Shown here in pieces: positions 36,743 to 50,395 of a DNA stretch of 64,000 nt (position 1 is the stretch's first letter; the number at the start of each line of letters is the position of its first letter). The notes below the pieces were generated by a model. The model saw only the letters and a list, made by a program, of their open reading frames with translations, did no database searches and was not told the origin of the DNA. Origin of the DNA: Ruditapes philippinarum (lineage: Eukaryota). The translations under genes were made by a program, and so were the position numbers. The stretch covers positions 1 to 64,000 of the forward strand of contig NW_026861259.1 of the NCBI RefSeq assembly GCF_026571515.1. The letters are read 5' to 3'.

Positions 36743-39046
36743 TTATTTATGAAGCAAAACTCCAGAAAATGTGTTCCATCTGATAGAATCATGGTCTATT
36801 ATATTACCAGAGTTACTACCTGATGGTTGAACCCACACGCTTTGTCCGGCTTTTAATACAACTATAGTGTCAGCGGTAGCACAGCTGTTATTTGAGTCAC
36901 CATAAAAGGTTGTCTTAGTGTGAGCTACAGCATCAACCAATACATCCACGTTCAACCATTTCTTTGCCTGCACACAAAATGCTATAGTAAAAAGATAGGT
37001 TCCGTTTGTTGTGGCCGTGAATTTCCCTGTCTCACTACTGTAGGCATCTCCTTCATTGAAGAGTACTACAGGAAACACTATAACTTGACCTTTAGGAGCG
37101 GCAGTGTCATCCTTTATCCTTGCCTTGAATGCCACGGTTGGTGTCACAATCTGATCTGAAATAGGATTACAAGTAAGTTTTATTGAACGCCGCCTTTCCT
37201 TGTTGATCTTGTTTATCATATTGTACAAAATAATATGTCTATGAAACAGACATAAATATAGAATATTGAATGAGTGTACACTTCGTCGAATTGCTAATTA
37301 GCTACCTTTATTTTATCACATATTGGTTAAAATAGAAATAACCAGCTATGTTTCTAATTTCATATATTGGTTGTATGTAAAACAAAATTATGTTCAAATT
37401 AATAAACGGGAACAAGCATAATGGAGCGGGTTTACATGGTCTTTAAACAAAAACCGCAAAAAGAAATCATGTCATAAATGAACTTAATTTTCAACTCGAT
37501 GCGACAATTATAGCAGATAGCAGGTCACATTGTCCTTATCGGTACAAGTATTTATGTATCTTATTAGATAATGTGGTGGATAATAATTATGTTGAACAGC
37601 CCATCTAAGTTCCCTGAAATAAGGAAAAGCGACTAAAAAAGCACGCAGTTTACGCTTAACGATATTACAAAGGTGTCCTAAGGTTGACCTCTACAAGATT
37701 TATTCGCGTATATTACCTGTTAGGTTGATAAAAACATCATAATTACGGTAATGCTTTGCACTTCTATTAATAAATTAAACATAGTGCAGCTACAATTAAG
37801 ATTTACTAACCAAGACGCCGGCACGGATACTCCGACGGATTAAGAGCATTCTAAGCAGCTCATTCTTGGAAGGTTTAATAGTTTTCATAAACGAAAATCA
37901 ACAAAGAAAGAATTAACACTAAATACGACAACCACCATGCTATGTACAAGAAACGTGAGTGTATTTTCTATTTACGGACGTGTCGTTCTACATGGATCAT
38001 TTTGAATGCGAATACATAATGTATTTTCTTTTATTAAATTGATAGATAATTGATCGCAAAATATCATATTATACAAATGGTCAATTAGACACGCGTTGAA
38101 GTTTAGATTAAAAACTTAATTTATTAAACGAGTTGATAAAATAATATTGTGCAAGCTTCTTGTATTTTTCCATTTACACATTTAGATAGTCTAACGCTGA
38201 AATAATGCACAAAGCCTTCCGCAAATCTTTAGAAAAATCGTCATTTGACCCTATTCTGTGCAACACTCACCCCCTAAAAAAAAGAAAGAAAAAAAAATAA
38301 AGGAATGTAAGGAGCCGACTTCACGTATTTGTATTTTTCTTTTTTAAACCAATAGTTTTTATCCTTTTTGATCATTTATATTAAAATCTTCATTCGCGTA
38401 CATATTTTCATCTAGGTCTATATCAGCCTGCAAGTATAAATCAAACATTTCTTTTTATTTAAAATATTGATTTGTTGTCTTATACAGGTTACTCTGCTTA
38501 GTACACTGTACCTTGTAACCTAATACCAGTAGCAAATATAACAAATAACAAAAACAATATTCAAATAAAAATAAAGATATAAACTTAAAGAAATAAAAAT
38601 TTAAAAAACAAAGACAATTACAAAGATTGACAGGTTATATCGTTTTTGAGAAGACAGTTATTGAAATATGAACATTAATAATGTTTTGAATACTTCAATT
38701 AGGTAAAACATAAACTACGAACTACATAGCATTTGTTCTTCCCTGAACAATAATGTGAATAAACTAAAATTTATATGACTGATTAGATTTACCTTTTAGA
38801 ATTTGCAGTTCCTTTAATTTTGTGTCAATAACCTCTGTCGTTTTGTTTTGTAGTGCTTCGATTTTCTCACTTAACTTCTCCTTTGATGTTTTAATGGTGT
38901 ACGAACTTTTTGCCTCTTTTTCATCAATTTCTTTCAGTTTTCGGTCAACACTTTCCACTGTTTTGTTTTGTAGTGCTTCCATTTTTTCACTGAACTTGTC
39001 CTGTGTTGATTTAATGCTATACGAAAATTTTGCCTCTTTTTCATCC
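36743..39046 (-). pseudogene. C1qDC copy C; intact C1q exon 37155-36743, exon 1 (to 38793) lacks ATG, signal peptide and CSKYDF block
   Basis: At ~39046 upstream/5'UTR-homologous sequence (CAATGCGAAG) is joined directly to DEKEAK coiled-coil codons. Splice sites are intact. Confidence 0.8.
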
Positions 39047-39589
39047 AATGCGAAGTAGTTTAAATTAAAAGGAAGATGCTCTAGTATGGGGGAGGCACAG
39101 GAAACATCAGTCTTATGTACCACAAATTTAACACCATGAGGGAAGTTTAAAAAGTACAATCATAGCTTATTTGTCCATAGGTGCTTTTCATATAAAATTT
39201 GTAGTTCTAAAAATAAGCAAATAATGTTAAATAGGAACATAGTTATGAGGAAAAGCATTTAAAACTGTTGAGAAATTTATAGTTATTCACACTCCATTAA
39301 CTACTTTACATTTGGCATATTATGCCTCGGAAATCAATATTTTCTTAATTCTTTATATATGACAAAATTAAGTTTAATAATGTTTTAATAATGGATTAAG
39401 AGCATTTAAGATATTGAACAGTTGAATTTTAGTTTTGAACGTAAAGGTATGTATGTATCGTTAAGGTAGGAAAATATAAACAAAGTCCATACAAAATACA
39501 TATTCATTTTAACTATACCAATTGCTAGTAGCACAAAAGGTACAAAAGATAGAACTTGTATGTAGTAAATTAGTATGATTTTGGAAACT

Positions 39590-40980
39590 TCTATCATGTA
39601 ACCTTTGACCTCTAAGTGGGACCTTGACTTTGGAGGTAGGGGTGCAGGTGTTGTGCATGGCATATCATCTTATTAATATTACTATTTGTGCCAAGTATTT
39701 TCAAAATCCTTTTAACTATCTAGAAGTTATAGATCAGACATTAAATATACCCTATAACAGACTATGTCAATCTTTGACCTTTAAGTGTGACCTTGGAGGT
39801 AGGGACCAATGTTTTGCGCCTGACATATCATCTTATTATTGTGATTATTTGTGCAGGTATTTTTAAAATCCCATGTTATGGACTGGACTCAAAATATACC
39901 CTTCAACAGAATATGTAAATCTTTGACCTCTATGTGTGACCTTGGAGGTAGGGACACATGTTTTATGCATGACATATCATCTTATCATTGTGACTATTTG
40001 TACCTAGTTATTTCAAAATTCTGAAGAAGTTCTAAATCAGACACAAAACATACCCTAAAATAGACTATGTTAACTTTTTACCTCTAAGTGTGACCTTGAA
40101 CTTGGAGGTAGGGATGCAGGTTTGCGAACGACACATTGTCTTATTATAGTGACTATTTGTGGCAAGTATTTACAAAATCCTCGATCTATGAAAAAGTTAT
40201 GGACTAGACACAAAATATACTCTGTAGAAGACTATGTTAATCTTTGACCTCCAAGTGTGACCTTGACCTTGGAGGTAGGTGACCGGTTGTTGCGCATGAC
40301 ACATCGTCTCATTATTGTTAAAAATTGTGGCAAGTATTTACAAAATCCCATCAAGATAGAAAGTAATGGACCGGACACGACATATACCATCAAATAAACA
40401 ATGTTGACCTTGAATGAGCAAGTGCGACCTTGACCCTGGAGGTAGGGATCTGGTTTATGCAAATGACACATCGTCTTATTATAACAAAAATGTGTGCTAA
40501 GTTATTTCAGATTCCTTTGATAAATGAAAAAGTTATGGACCGGACACAAAATATACCCCGCAATAGACTATGTGAATCTTTGACCTCCAAGTGTGACTTT
40601 GACCTTGAAGGTATGTGACCGGTTGTTGCGCAGGACACATCGTCTCATTATTGTGAACAATTGTGGCAAGAATTTACACAATCCCTTCAAAAATAAGAAC
40701 GTTATGGACCGGACACCACATATATCCTCAAATAGACAATGTTGACCTTGAATGAGCAAGTACGACCTTGACCTTAGAGGTACGGGTCTGGTTTATGCGC
40801 TTGACACATCGTCTTATCATAACAAACATTTGTGCCAAGTTCTTTCAGATCTCTTTGATAAATGACAAAGTTATGGACCGGACACGAAAGTGTGACGGAC
40901 GGACGGACAGACAGACGGGCAGACAGACGGAGCCTATTACTATATCCCCCTTTTTTCTTCAAAAAGGCGGGGGACAATAA
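39590..40980 (-). mobile_element. Helentron-type/HINE-like element with ~150-170-bp TGACCTT-rich tandem repeats (about 8 copies)
   Basis: TTTGACCTC.AAGTGTGACCTTGACCTTGGAGGTAGGG recurs, with a (GACG/GACA)n microsatellite and CCCCC..GGGG hairpin at the right end. Absent from the paralogous site near 62450-62505. Confidence 0.8.
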
Positions 40981-41492
40981 GGCAAATGGGCTTTAAGCAA
41001 AGATTCAAGGCACTTATATAGAAGATATCTATAAATAGTAACTTCATCAGGCATAGGCTACAAACTGCACTTATTTTCAGACCACCTTTTAAGTTTCTTT
41101 TTATTCGGCATGAATTTGGATAAAGGCATGCAGTTTAAATATACAGTACATTGGTTTTCAGTTTAAAACATTTATTCCTAACTCAATATATCTTGGATTT
41201 TCGTAATAGTTACTGCATAAATTCAAATTTGTAAATGAATATTGTTACATATACAAGGATAAAGCAGAGAATAATAAAAACGACATTCACGAAAATGTTG
41301 GAGATTTTCGTCATGCAAAACTTCGAGAGCAAAGTTATATTTATTAAGGCGTCAAAGACATAACAGAATTCATAAAGACATCATGTCATGGGCGAAATGA
41401 AATAGACGGGGACTGCATGGAATAAACGATATTCATGGAGAGTGGATGAAAGGAATGATATTTATAAAGACTTCAAATGAGATGAAGGTTTC

Positions 41493-41706
41493 TTACCAGC
41501 TTTACTGGTGGAGGAAGACCTCATATGCCTTTCCGTGCATACAGGCAAAAAGGTCACCGTAGTAAACCTAACGACATTCCATGTCTTAGCTAGATAGATA
41601 TTCCTCACATGAAGGAATAAGAAATCCTGTTTGGACCAAAACCCACAACGGCTAGGTACAGGTGGTTTGAAGCCAACGACTTAAACCACTCGACTACATA
41701 CGGCCG
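41493..41706 (-). mobile_element. tRNA-derived SINE copy
   Basis: CCAGCTTTACTGGTGGAGGAAGACC..TTAAACCACTCG, paralogous to 17632-17908. Confidence 0.7.
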
Positions 41707-43384
41707 CGAAATGACAGTTCTTCAGACATAACATCTTTTTATTTTTTTTTTCAGAAATTCAGCATGTGTCTCACTTGAAATCCGAGATTATCTTAGAAAC
41801 ATAAAGCATCGAAGTTTGACCAGTTGATATTATCTACGTATAACTAACGAAACGCATCCTTGATTGCCAATAATCATAATAGTTGCCTTCCAGACGGAAA
41901 GGGCAGGGGAAAGGTTAGTTTCTAAGGTTACTTACTTTTTAAACTACCCTCCAAATTATGGTAACCTGCTCTCAATAACAGATTTAATGTTGTGTAAACC
42001 ATGCGAAATATTTAATGAATTTCTCACGGATGATAACGACCTTCAACACATTGTTTACTTTTATTTTAAGCACCAAATACCGGTATCCTGAAACAGATCA
42101 GTTAAGACATGATAACAGCGTTTCTCACGGCCCATTTTCCATATGTCTGCTTTGTCTAACAATTACAAAATGAAAGCAGGTACAGTTAAACTCTTGAACC
42201 TTGGTTTTAAAGCATTAAAGATAACAAAAAATAACAACAAAGATAGAGAGAAACCCAAAACAATAACAAAAAAATAACACTAAAAGATAACCTTGGTGAC
42301 AAATTTCTTTTAAGATTTTAACTCTAATTGGCACTTTTTTATATATGATGGTAAATGTGATTTTTTTTCTTTTGGAAATAGTTTAAAAGCAAGTTTATTT
42401 ATAAACACGGATGCTATCAATTTATGAAGATTTGTTTTCTAAAAAAGATACTTGCTGTATTATAAATTAATTATAAGCTTTTCTGACGGGTTAATTGGAC
42501 GTTTATAAACGGTAAATTGCAATATGATATATTTACAAATAACTGTTTATATAGGGCCATATAACCTGTCAAAATCATATATCATTCCATTAATAAACAA
42601 ACCTTGTATACTTAGATTAGGCCACTAAATCACAAGAGTGTTGTCAATACTAGGGTTTTACGTTTTCAAACTAAAAGCAGCATATCTCCAGTTTCATGCT
42701 AATCTAATTAGAAATTTAAAATGTATTTAAAAGTAAAATATTGTAAAGTGTACAAAAATGTATATTAGACATTGTACATTGCAAAATGCACTTACAAATC
42801 ACGTATATTACCACAAAATATGTACAATTATGCAAAATGGCCTTGACTGCGTTAGTCACGCAGTAAAAATATGATGATAAATACTGCAATAACTGTCATT
42901 AATACCACAAACCAAATAGATTATTATTTGAATCTTGAATTTGTGTGCTTGTCTAAAGCTTTGTATCAAGTTTTTTTCTTAAAGTTGTTTTTTTTTTAAA
43001 TATTTTAGCTTATGCAGGTATGCAGTTTTAATAGTTTTGACTTTGTTCTATACACACATAAGCTTACTTCTGTTCATGTCATGTATGCTCTAGAAGGTCG
43101 GCAGTTCTGTTTGCTAGCTCCTGCATGAAATATTGCATATGAGGAAACTTTTCTTCGACCAGAAAAAATATTCAAAAGTCGCTAATGTCTTGTAAAGGGG
43201 CGGGGACTGGGTCAACTTATTAAAGTTAGATAGAAAAAAGAAAAGTGTTTTGACCTTAGCCTGTTATATTTTCGACAAATGTTTTATTATTTGAAATTTA
43301 TGATTTTTAGTGTGGTGTTGTTGTTGTGGTTGTTGTTTATTTCATTGTACATTATATCTTCATTCTATAGGACAAATAGAACGA

Positions 43385-44000
43385 AAACACCTACTTGAAT
43401 TACACACCTCAGGCAAAATGCAAGAAATTCCCAAATCATCCAATTACGGCATTTAGAAGAGATTATTACATACAGGATATTCTTGTTCATAACAAATCCC
43501 ACAGCAAACAATTTTTTCATCAGTAGACACATTTATTGGTATGAATGGGGTCTCGTAATAGGCATGCAATCAGATCACATGTAAATCTACTAATGTGGTG
43601 TATGCAGTTTATTGTAAGCGTAGCGAACGTCACATTTATTATGGTAAACAGGATGTAAGCTGTACCAAAGACATCTTTTTAATTTATCAAGAAAACTGAC
43701 CAAGTACTACGATCCGTTAGCGGCACAATTTTACACAAACGGGCACACAGCCATTGATTTTTCAATAATTGGGCTAGAAAAGTATACGGGAATGACCAAT
43801 ACCGAAGAACTTGCGGGAAAATTGCTGAAAAATAGATTAAAATAAATACTAAAGAATAACACGACAGACTGCAAGCAACGCCAAGGTGGACGTTGCTCAA
43901 TGGCGTTAAGTCACTTCCATTGTTTTGTTTGATATATTCATATGTTTCATAAATGCTGCTGAAGAAGGCCGAAAGCTATAGCGCATTTGAATAAGCGTTT
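43385..44000 (+). mobile_element. Degenerate Penelope-like retroelement 3' fragment (GIY-YIG endonuclease remnant)
   Basis: Interrupted translation gives HPITAFRRD..QDILVHNK and QITCKSTNVVYAVYCKR..IYYG(K)..GCKLYQRHL. Hammerhead-like core at 43951-43988. Confidence 0.75.
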
Positions 44001-46362
44001 TTGATTACACTTCTAAATATATATAAACATATTATCATCCGCGTTATATTTAAAACACCATCCAAGTGTTTCTTTCTCATTTCGTTTAAAGTTACATTAA
44101 ATAAATATGTTAACATATTTTTGCCGTCGGCCTAAAAACCAAGCATTCTACAGTTTCATTAACCTTTTTAACAGTATCGTTGTAAATCTCATCAAATATT
44201 GTTCATAAATTAGGATTTTAAATGGAAAACCCCACGGTAACACTAAAGTTTTTATACGAATTTTAACATGCAAATGAAGACTATATTCAGCTGGTGTATG
44301 CGCTACGTCACGGAGTTATAGTTGCTATCCGGAACACAGCAAACATAAGATTTTCTAGTGCAAACACACTTTTACCGTTTAAGCTTCACGGTGCACTAGG
44401 CCTGTGGTTCAGAAAAAATAATCATCTCATAAAAAAGATTAAATTTGTATGAAAATATCCGTTTCAATGCGGAAATATACCGTTAAATAAGGACTGCTAC
44501 TTTTAGTCATGTTTGTTGATTTAATATTGATGTACGGATGATCTGAAGGCGGAGTTTCTCATGCAAACAGAAATTGTACTTCCGAATTCGCTACAATGAG
44601 GTTGCACATTTGTATGCTCATTAAACTCATTTTGGTTGCCTGGACACCAAAATGAATGATATGAAACCCAATTTATAAATGGAATGTCGCTATTTCTTTT
44701 TTGATGAAATTTATTTAATGTAACTTTAAGCTTGGAATACTTTCAAGGTTAGCTTGATATTTTTAGAACTAGTCGTACCACATCGAACATATTAAAACAG
44801 GTACAATTTCGTCTTAACAAAGCTGCTGCGGGATTATTTGACCGAAAAACAAAGTGCATTTGGTCACAGAACAGTCAGTGAATGTAAAGATTAGAAAATC
44901 AAATCTGAGATTTTGTTGAGGTCTGCTTTATGTGAATAGAAGAAAAAAAGGCGAAATACATGTATGCAGTAGCGTTGGTTCTTAGTGCAGTAGATATTTG
45001 CCTTAGTTTGTAACGACAATTAAGTATATGCTACTATTGCTCTAAGAGTTACGGGATTTACTCTGATGGTATATATGGATTTCATTGGGCATAGAGTTGT
45101 TATGAAAAGACTGACCTCATTTTAAATGTGTTAAGTTGTTGTTGATTTATTTCTTTTCTGTAATGTTATGGCATGTACAATAAGACAGCTATAACATAGG
45201 TTAGACATTTTTAAAGACAGGACGGATCTTACGTGCTATTTTGGCATATTATATTTAGATATATTATGAATTGAAGAAACGGCTTGTTAAGCCCGGTAAT
45301 GGGTCTATAAGTACAAATTAAGCTAAATGTTTTACCAAATATGACCTTTGAGTTTGACTTTAATCTTTGATATAAACACACATACGAAAAACAAACTATT
45401 ATATACTAAATATGACCTTTTATTTGGAAACAACATACATTTAAAACTAAATATACGAATACGAAAATTTTATTCAGTATTAAAAATGTTAAAACAATGA
45501 CATTGTTTATAGCCTATACAAAACCAAAGTAAAGTTTGAATAGAAAAATAGAACAGCAAACAACAAAATGTTATTTATACATTATAAATCGTACAGTTAT
45601 CAGAAGAGATTGTTTAATGAAACGTTATTCTAATTTAAGAAAGAAAAAAAGAAAGTATCATAAAATATGACCTTTATATTTCATAAAAAAACATACTTAC
45701 AAAACAAACTGTGACATACTAAATATGCCCTTTATTTTTCATAAAATACATACATTTAAAAACAAGCTACTACATACTAAATATGCCGTTCATCTTTTAT
45801 AATACATATCAAACAAACTGTTACATACTTAATATGACGATTATCTTTAAAACCACGGTTCTTGCTTAAATGAGACAAAATGAGAATGCCTTGCTTTTAC
45901 TACCTTATCTTTACAACATTGTAGTTTTATTAGAGGTTGTATTTTTACTTTTAAATACACGTAAACACGTGTCATACAAAACTTTAAGTAAAAAGGCAAA
46001 TGATAAAAGCCAAGTTGCCCTTTTTATATGTTGCGCCATGTATTCAAATTTACAAATGCCGGCGAGGACGCAGTACCCGCAGTGAAGAAATACATGCATT
46101 CTTAAATCATATATCTTCATGTTGTGTACAATGATGTCAATAATTATGATGCTTTATTTAACATTTGTGAGATAAAAAAGTAATGAGACATTGTTGCATT
46201 GTGTTTTATATAATAAGTTAGTTATATCAAAGGTCGTTAAACTCATTCATGAGAAATGTTTAACATATATCCACAGTAGCGCTTTTCATTCGTTTCGTCA
46301 ACGTGTTTGATAATATTTAATAATTGTATAGCAACTCGTATGAAATCCTTTGTAGGAAATAT

Positions 46363-48826
46363 TTATTTATGGAGCAAAACTCCAGAAAATGTGTTCCATC
46401 TGGTTGCACCTTGGTGAATTATAATACCAGAATTACTATCAGATGGCTGCACCCACACGCTCTGACCAGTTTTTAACACAGCGACAGCATCAGCTGTTAA
46501 ACATTCGTGATTTGCGTCGCCATAAAAAGTTGCCTTAGTGAATGCTACACCATCAACCATTATATCCACGTACAATGTTTTTTGAAACTTCACGCAAAAT
46601 CCTATAGTAAAAAGATATGTTCCGTTTGATGTGGCCGTAAATTTCCCTGTCTGACTGCTGTAAGCATCTCCTTCATTGAAGAGTACTACAGGAAACACAA
46701 TAACTCGACCTCTAGGAGCGGCAATGTCAACGTTTAGTCTTGCCTTGAATGCCACAGTCGGTGTCACAATCTGATCTGAAATAGAATCATATGTAATCTT
46801 TACAAAATGATACGCAAATGAAAGAGATATTAATAGGGGTTTTGAATGAGTATAAACTTATAATTTTTTCAATTAATATAGCAAAGAATCCACATGAATA
46901 TAATATTTTATTTATCAAATAGTCGGAATAAGCACAGTTTACAAAAAAGTCTTATGTTTTCATTTAGTCGTCTGTACTGTATAGTGTAGCATTTGCTCGC
47001 TTTATGTTTGTGAATAATGTAATTATCATCACGTCAAATTGTTATAACACCTAAAATTTGTCGTTTAACGCAATTACATGAAAATTATATTACAAGGGTG
47101 ATAACACTTTGACTTGACGTCATTTGCTGGAGATACAAATATGGGTTTATTACGCTCTAACGCCGTAGCTTATGTGATAAAGATAAAAACGAAATTATTC
47201 AAGTGAAATACATTGTAACACTTTGACGTGACGTCATGTTCGTTACATTAGAGTGTGCTAATGTAAGCGTTACACAATTGGCACGACAGTGAAAATGACT
47301 CTTTTTAAATGTTAACCATTCGTATTTTGAAGATCTGATAAATAGACTATTATTCATTAATTCGTGTATATTCAATACTAAATTTATTGAAATCTTTGAA
47401 TAAAATAATATCATGCTCGCCAGAGGCTCGCATAATTTGATTGTTTTCAGCTTGTAATTAAAACTACATTCATTCAATATCCTCAATTATAAAATGATAT
47501 TATTACAACGTGCCGTGGTTTATGTTTAAATTTTCATTTTAAGAACTACAACCTTGGGGCAATAGCACGACTTAATGTCAAGGAAAGACTAGAGATTATA
47601 TTTTATTATTGTGTAAACAGCGAACACAAAAAAGTTTTGTTGGCAAAGGGGCGTCCGTGGGTGAGTGGTTAAGGTCATTGACTTCAAACAATTTACCTCT
47701 CACAGTTAACGTTGTGGTTTCGATCTGCACTTGCGTCTTTGTCTTCTGTCATGTGAGAAAGATATCCAGCTAGATTTCGGAACGTTGGAGGTATTACTCA
47801 GGTGCCGTTAGTGCCTATAATAATGCCCAAAGTGACACTTGAGGATCTTTCTCCATCAGTAAAGTTGGCATGTCGCTATTTGACCTATATTGTGTTGGTG
47901 CGACGTTAAGAAATATTTAGGCAAGGGGATGTAAGGAGACGAATGACACGCATTTGTAAACTTGATACAAGCCAGTTCGTTTTTCATATTATAATTCGAC
48001 ATTCGCGTACATATCTACCTCCAGGTATAAATCAACATGCACGTATATATAAATCAACCCTTGACGTAAAATCATATTGATATGTTGTTGTACAGGTTAC
48101 CCTGCTTTGTACTTTATAATCAAAAAGCAGTTACATTTTTTTTTGAATTTTAAGAACCAAAAAATGACTAGAAATAATTATGAACTACATAGCATTGGTT
48201 CGTGCTTGAACAATAATTTTAATGAACTAACATTTATATGACTAATTAGATTTACCTTTAAGAATTTGCAGTTCCTTTAATTTTGTGTCAATAACCTCTG
48301 TTGTTTTGTTTTGTAGTGCTTCGATTTTCTCACTTAACTTTTCCTGTGTTGTTTTAATGGTATTCGAACTTTTTGCCTCTTTTTCATCCATTTCATTCAG
48401 TTTCCGGTCAACACTTTCTACTGTTTTGTTTTGTAGTGCTTCCATTTTCTCACTTAACTTTTCCTGTGTTGTTTTAATGGTATACGAACTTTTTGCCTCT
48501 TTTTCATCCATTTCATTCAGTTTCCGGTCAACACTTTCTACTGTTTTGTTTTGTAGTGCTTCCATTTTCTCACTTAACTTTTCCTGTGTTGTTTTAATGG
48601 TATACGAACTTTTTGCCTCTTTTTCATCCATTTCATTCAGTTTCCGGTCAACACTTTTCACTGTTTGTTCCATTTCAGATTTCATTCTCTCCATTTGAAA
48701 TTCCATGCGAACCATTTTCTCTAACACTTTCTCTTCGAAATCATATTTTGAACAGTGCGGTTCCTCCGACTTTGCAAACATTAGCAAATAATTAAGAAAG
48801 AAAGCTTTACAGAACGATATCTTCAT
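46363..48826 (-). CDS. C1q-domain-containing secreted protein, copy B; exons 48826-48256 and 46775-46363; three 40-aa coiled-coil repeats
   Basis: MKISFCKAFF signal peptide, intact GT/AG sites (G|GTAAAT..TTTCAG|AT) and a complete gC1q domain. Confidence 0.92.
47648..47910 (+). mobile_element. tRNA-derived SINE copy in intron of copy B
   Basis: A-box-like TGGGTGAGTGG, B-box-like GGTTTCGATC, and shared body ending TTGGTGCGACGTTAA. Confidence 0.75.
48300..48663 (-). repeat. 120-bp coding tandem repeat x3
   Basis: Sequence at 48421 and 48541 is identical over 120 bp. Encodes TV(K/E)SVDRKLNEMDEKEAKSS(Y/N)TIKTTQEKLSEK(M/I)EALQNK. Confidence 0.97.
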
Positions 48827-49082
48827 TTTTATTTTCAATGTTTCACAAGTTTCTATCGAATTGAAAATACTTGAGATGTATGGGAAAGTGGATACAATTT
48901 GAGGGAACAGTACACACTTCAACGTTTAACCTAAGAGGGAAGTTTAAAAAGTATCTTCATATTTTATAACGTCTCAGATTTAAAACTACGCTGTAATCAT
49001 AAATAACACCATGGCATGGGTGTAGCAAGTAAATGACAGAGTGAGCCATGGAATTGATAAACAACCCAAGTTGTTGTGGTGT

Positions 49083-49168
49083 TTCTTCTTCTCCTTCTTC
49101 TTCTTCCTCTTCTTCTTCTTCTTCTTATTATTATTATTATTATTATAATTGTTATTATTATTATTATT
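49083..49168. repeat. (TTC)n(TTA)n compound microsatellite
   Basis: Visible directly in the sequence. Confidence 0.95.
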
Positions 49169-50264
49169 TTGGGAGGTGAGGATAAGTATTATTATAAAAT
49201 CTACCACATCTCAAGATAAGTAAAACACATTTTTTATCTTAAAAGAGATATCATATGTTCGAGAAAACTAAATTTTAAGAAGTTAAAAATTAAAAAAAGA
49301 AATCATTAAAGGTTCAAGAAGTTTCACAACCCATATTATACTTTATATGCAATGAAAAATGACTAAATTGCTTTTATTGTAACTTTAATAGTTATATAAG
49401 TTCTGTAAATAGTAAGTACATTTAGCTATCTAAAATCTCTTATCCTACTTTTGTCATTGAAGTTTAATCTTTTTTTTAAATCAGGATGATATTGAATATA
49501 TCAATAGATTTTCATACAATGGAATATAGTACAAGTAACATTATGTATAAACAAAAATCTTGGTACTATATAGTGGTGAAACTTATCATATTAATAGTCA
49601 TGTTCCAACACTTAATAATCTTTTTTTCTTTTCTTCTAATGCATGGAATACAAACTTTGCCAACTTATCTTTAATATTTTCAGCCTGATAACTCATTGAT
49701 ATATTTAATTTATGATTATATTTGGATTAACAAAATATTTGCTCGGTAAGTATTTTGATCCTAAATTTTTGTGAGCTGTACATATCATTACAAAATGGTA
49801 TTTTGTTGCTACTGAAACTTTACATAAATTAAATATACGCTCAGATCTCTCTTCTTGTCTATATCTACCTCTTTCAATGTTGAAATCATGTGATGAAGTA
49901 CGTCATTCTGCAAGTGCATTTCTCAATTACAAATTAAACAACAGATAAATATGTCTCATGGATAAACTTAGATTTATACAAACGATATAAATCTAACTTT
50001 TAACTTTGATTTAAATGTTCGTGCAAATTCTGCCTATATTGATCTCTCATTCTATAAACAAATAATTTTAGAAAAATGTTCCCATCATCTGCAACAATCC
50101 ACATATTTTGTGAACGCAAGTTTACAAAATGTGTCGGCAAAAAGAATGGCACTCCTGCGCATGTCCGAAAATTTCCAATTTTTGTAACCACGATAGAAAG
50201 CAATATACTATCATGATAACTTAAGAGCGTAAGCATTATTATCTTAAATTCTGGCCTTGTCAAA

Positions 50265-50395
50265 ATGCATGGGCGAAATGAAATTTACTAAATTTGTATG
50301 GGCGAAGTGAGATTTACGTGAACTGTATGGGCAAAATGAAAATTTTATAAAGACTGCATGGGCAAAATGTGATTCTTAAAGACTGCATGGGCAAT
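50265..50395 (+). repeat. ~31-bp minisatellite (related arrays at ~17270-17580, ~41380-41470, ~62860-62950)
   Basis: TGCATGGGC(G/A)AAATGAAATT..AAAGAC units. Confidence 0.7.

Larger units (their letters stand above)
31650..41900. repeat. Segmental duplication unit paralogous to ~52770-64000 (and partly to ~42600-48950)
   Basis: Collinear shared blocks, e.g. AAAGACTTATTT.GAGGTCGATG (31682/52797), GACACGGGTGCCTC (33544/54763), then C1q exon, exon 1 and upstream region. Boundaries approximate. Confidence 0.85.

Noticed and set aside
39406-40980. Several 60-85-aa ORFs
   Set aside because: They lie in tandem repeats of a non-autonomous element.
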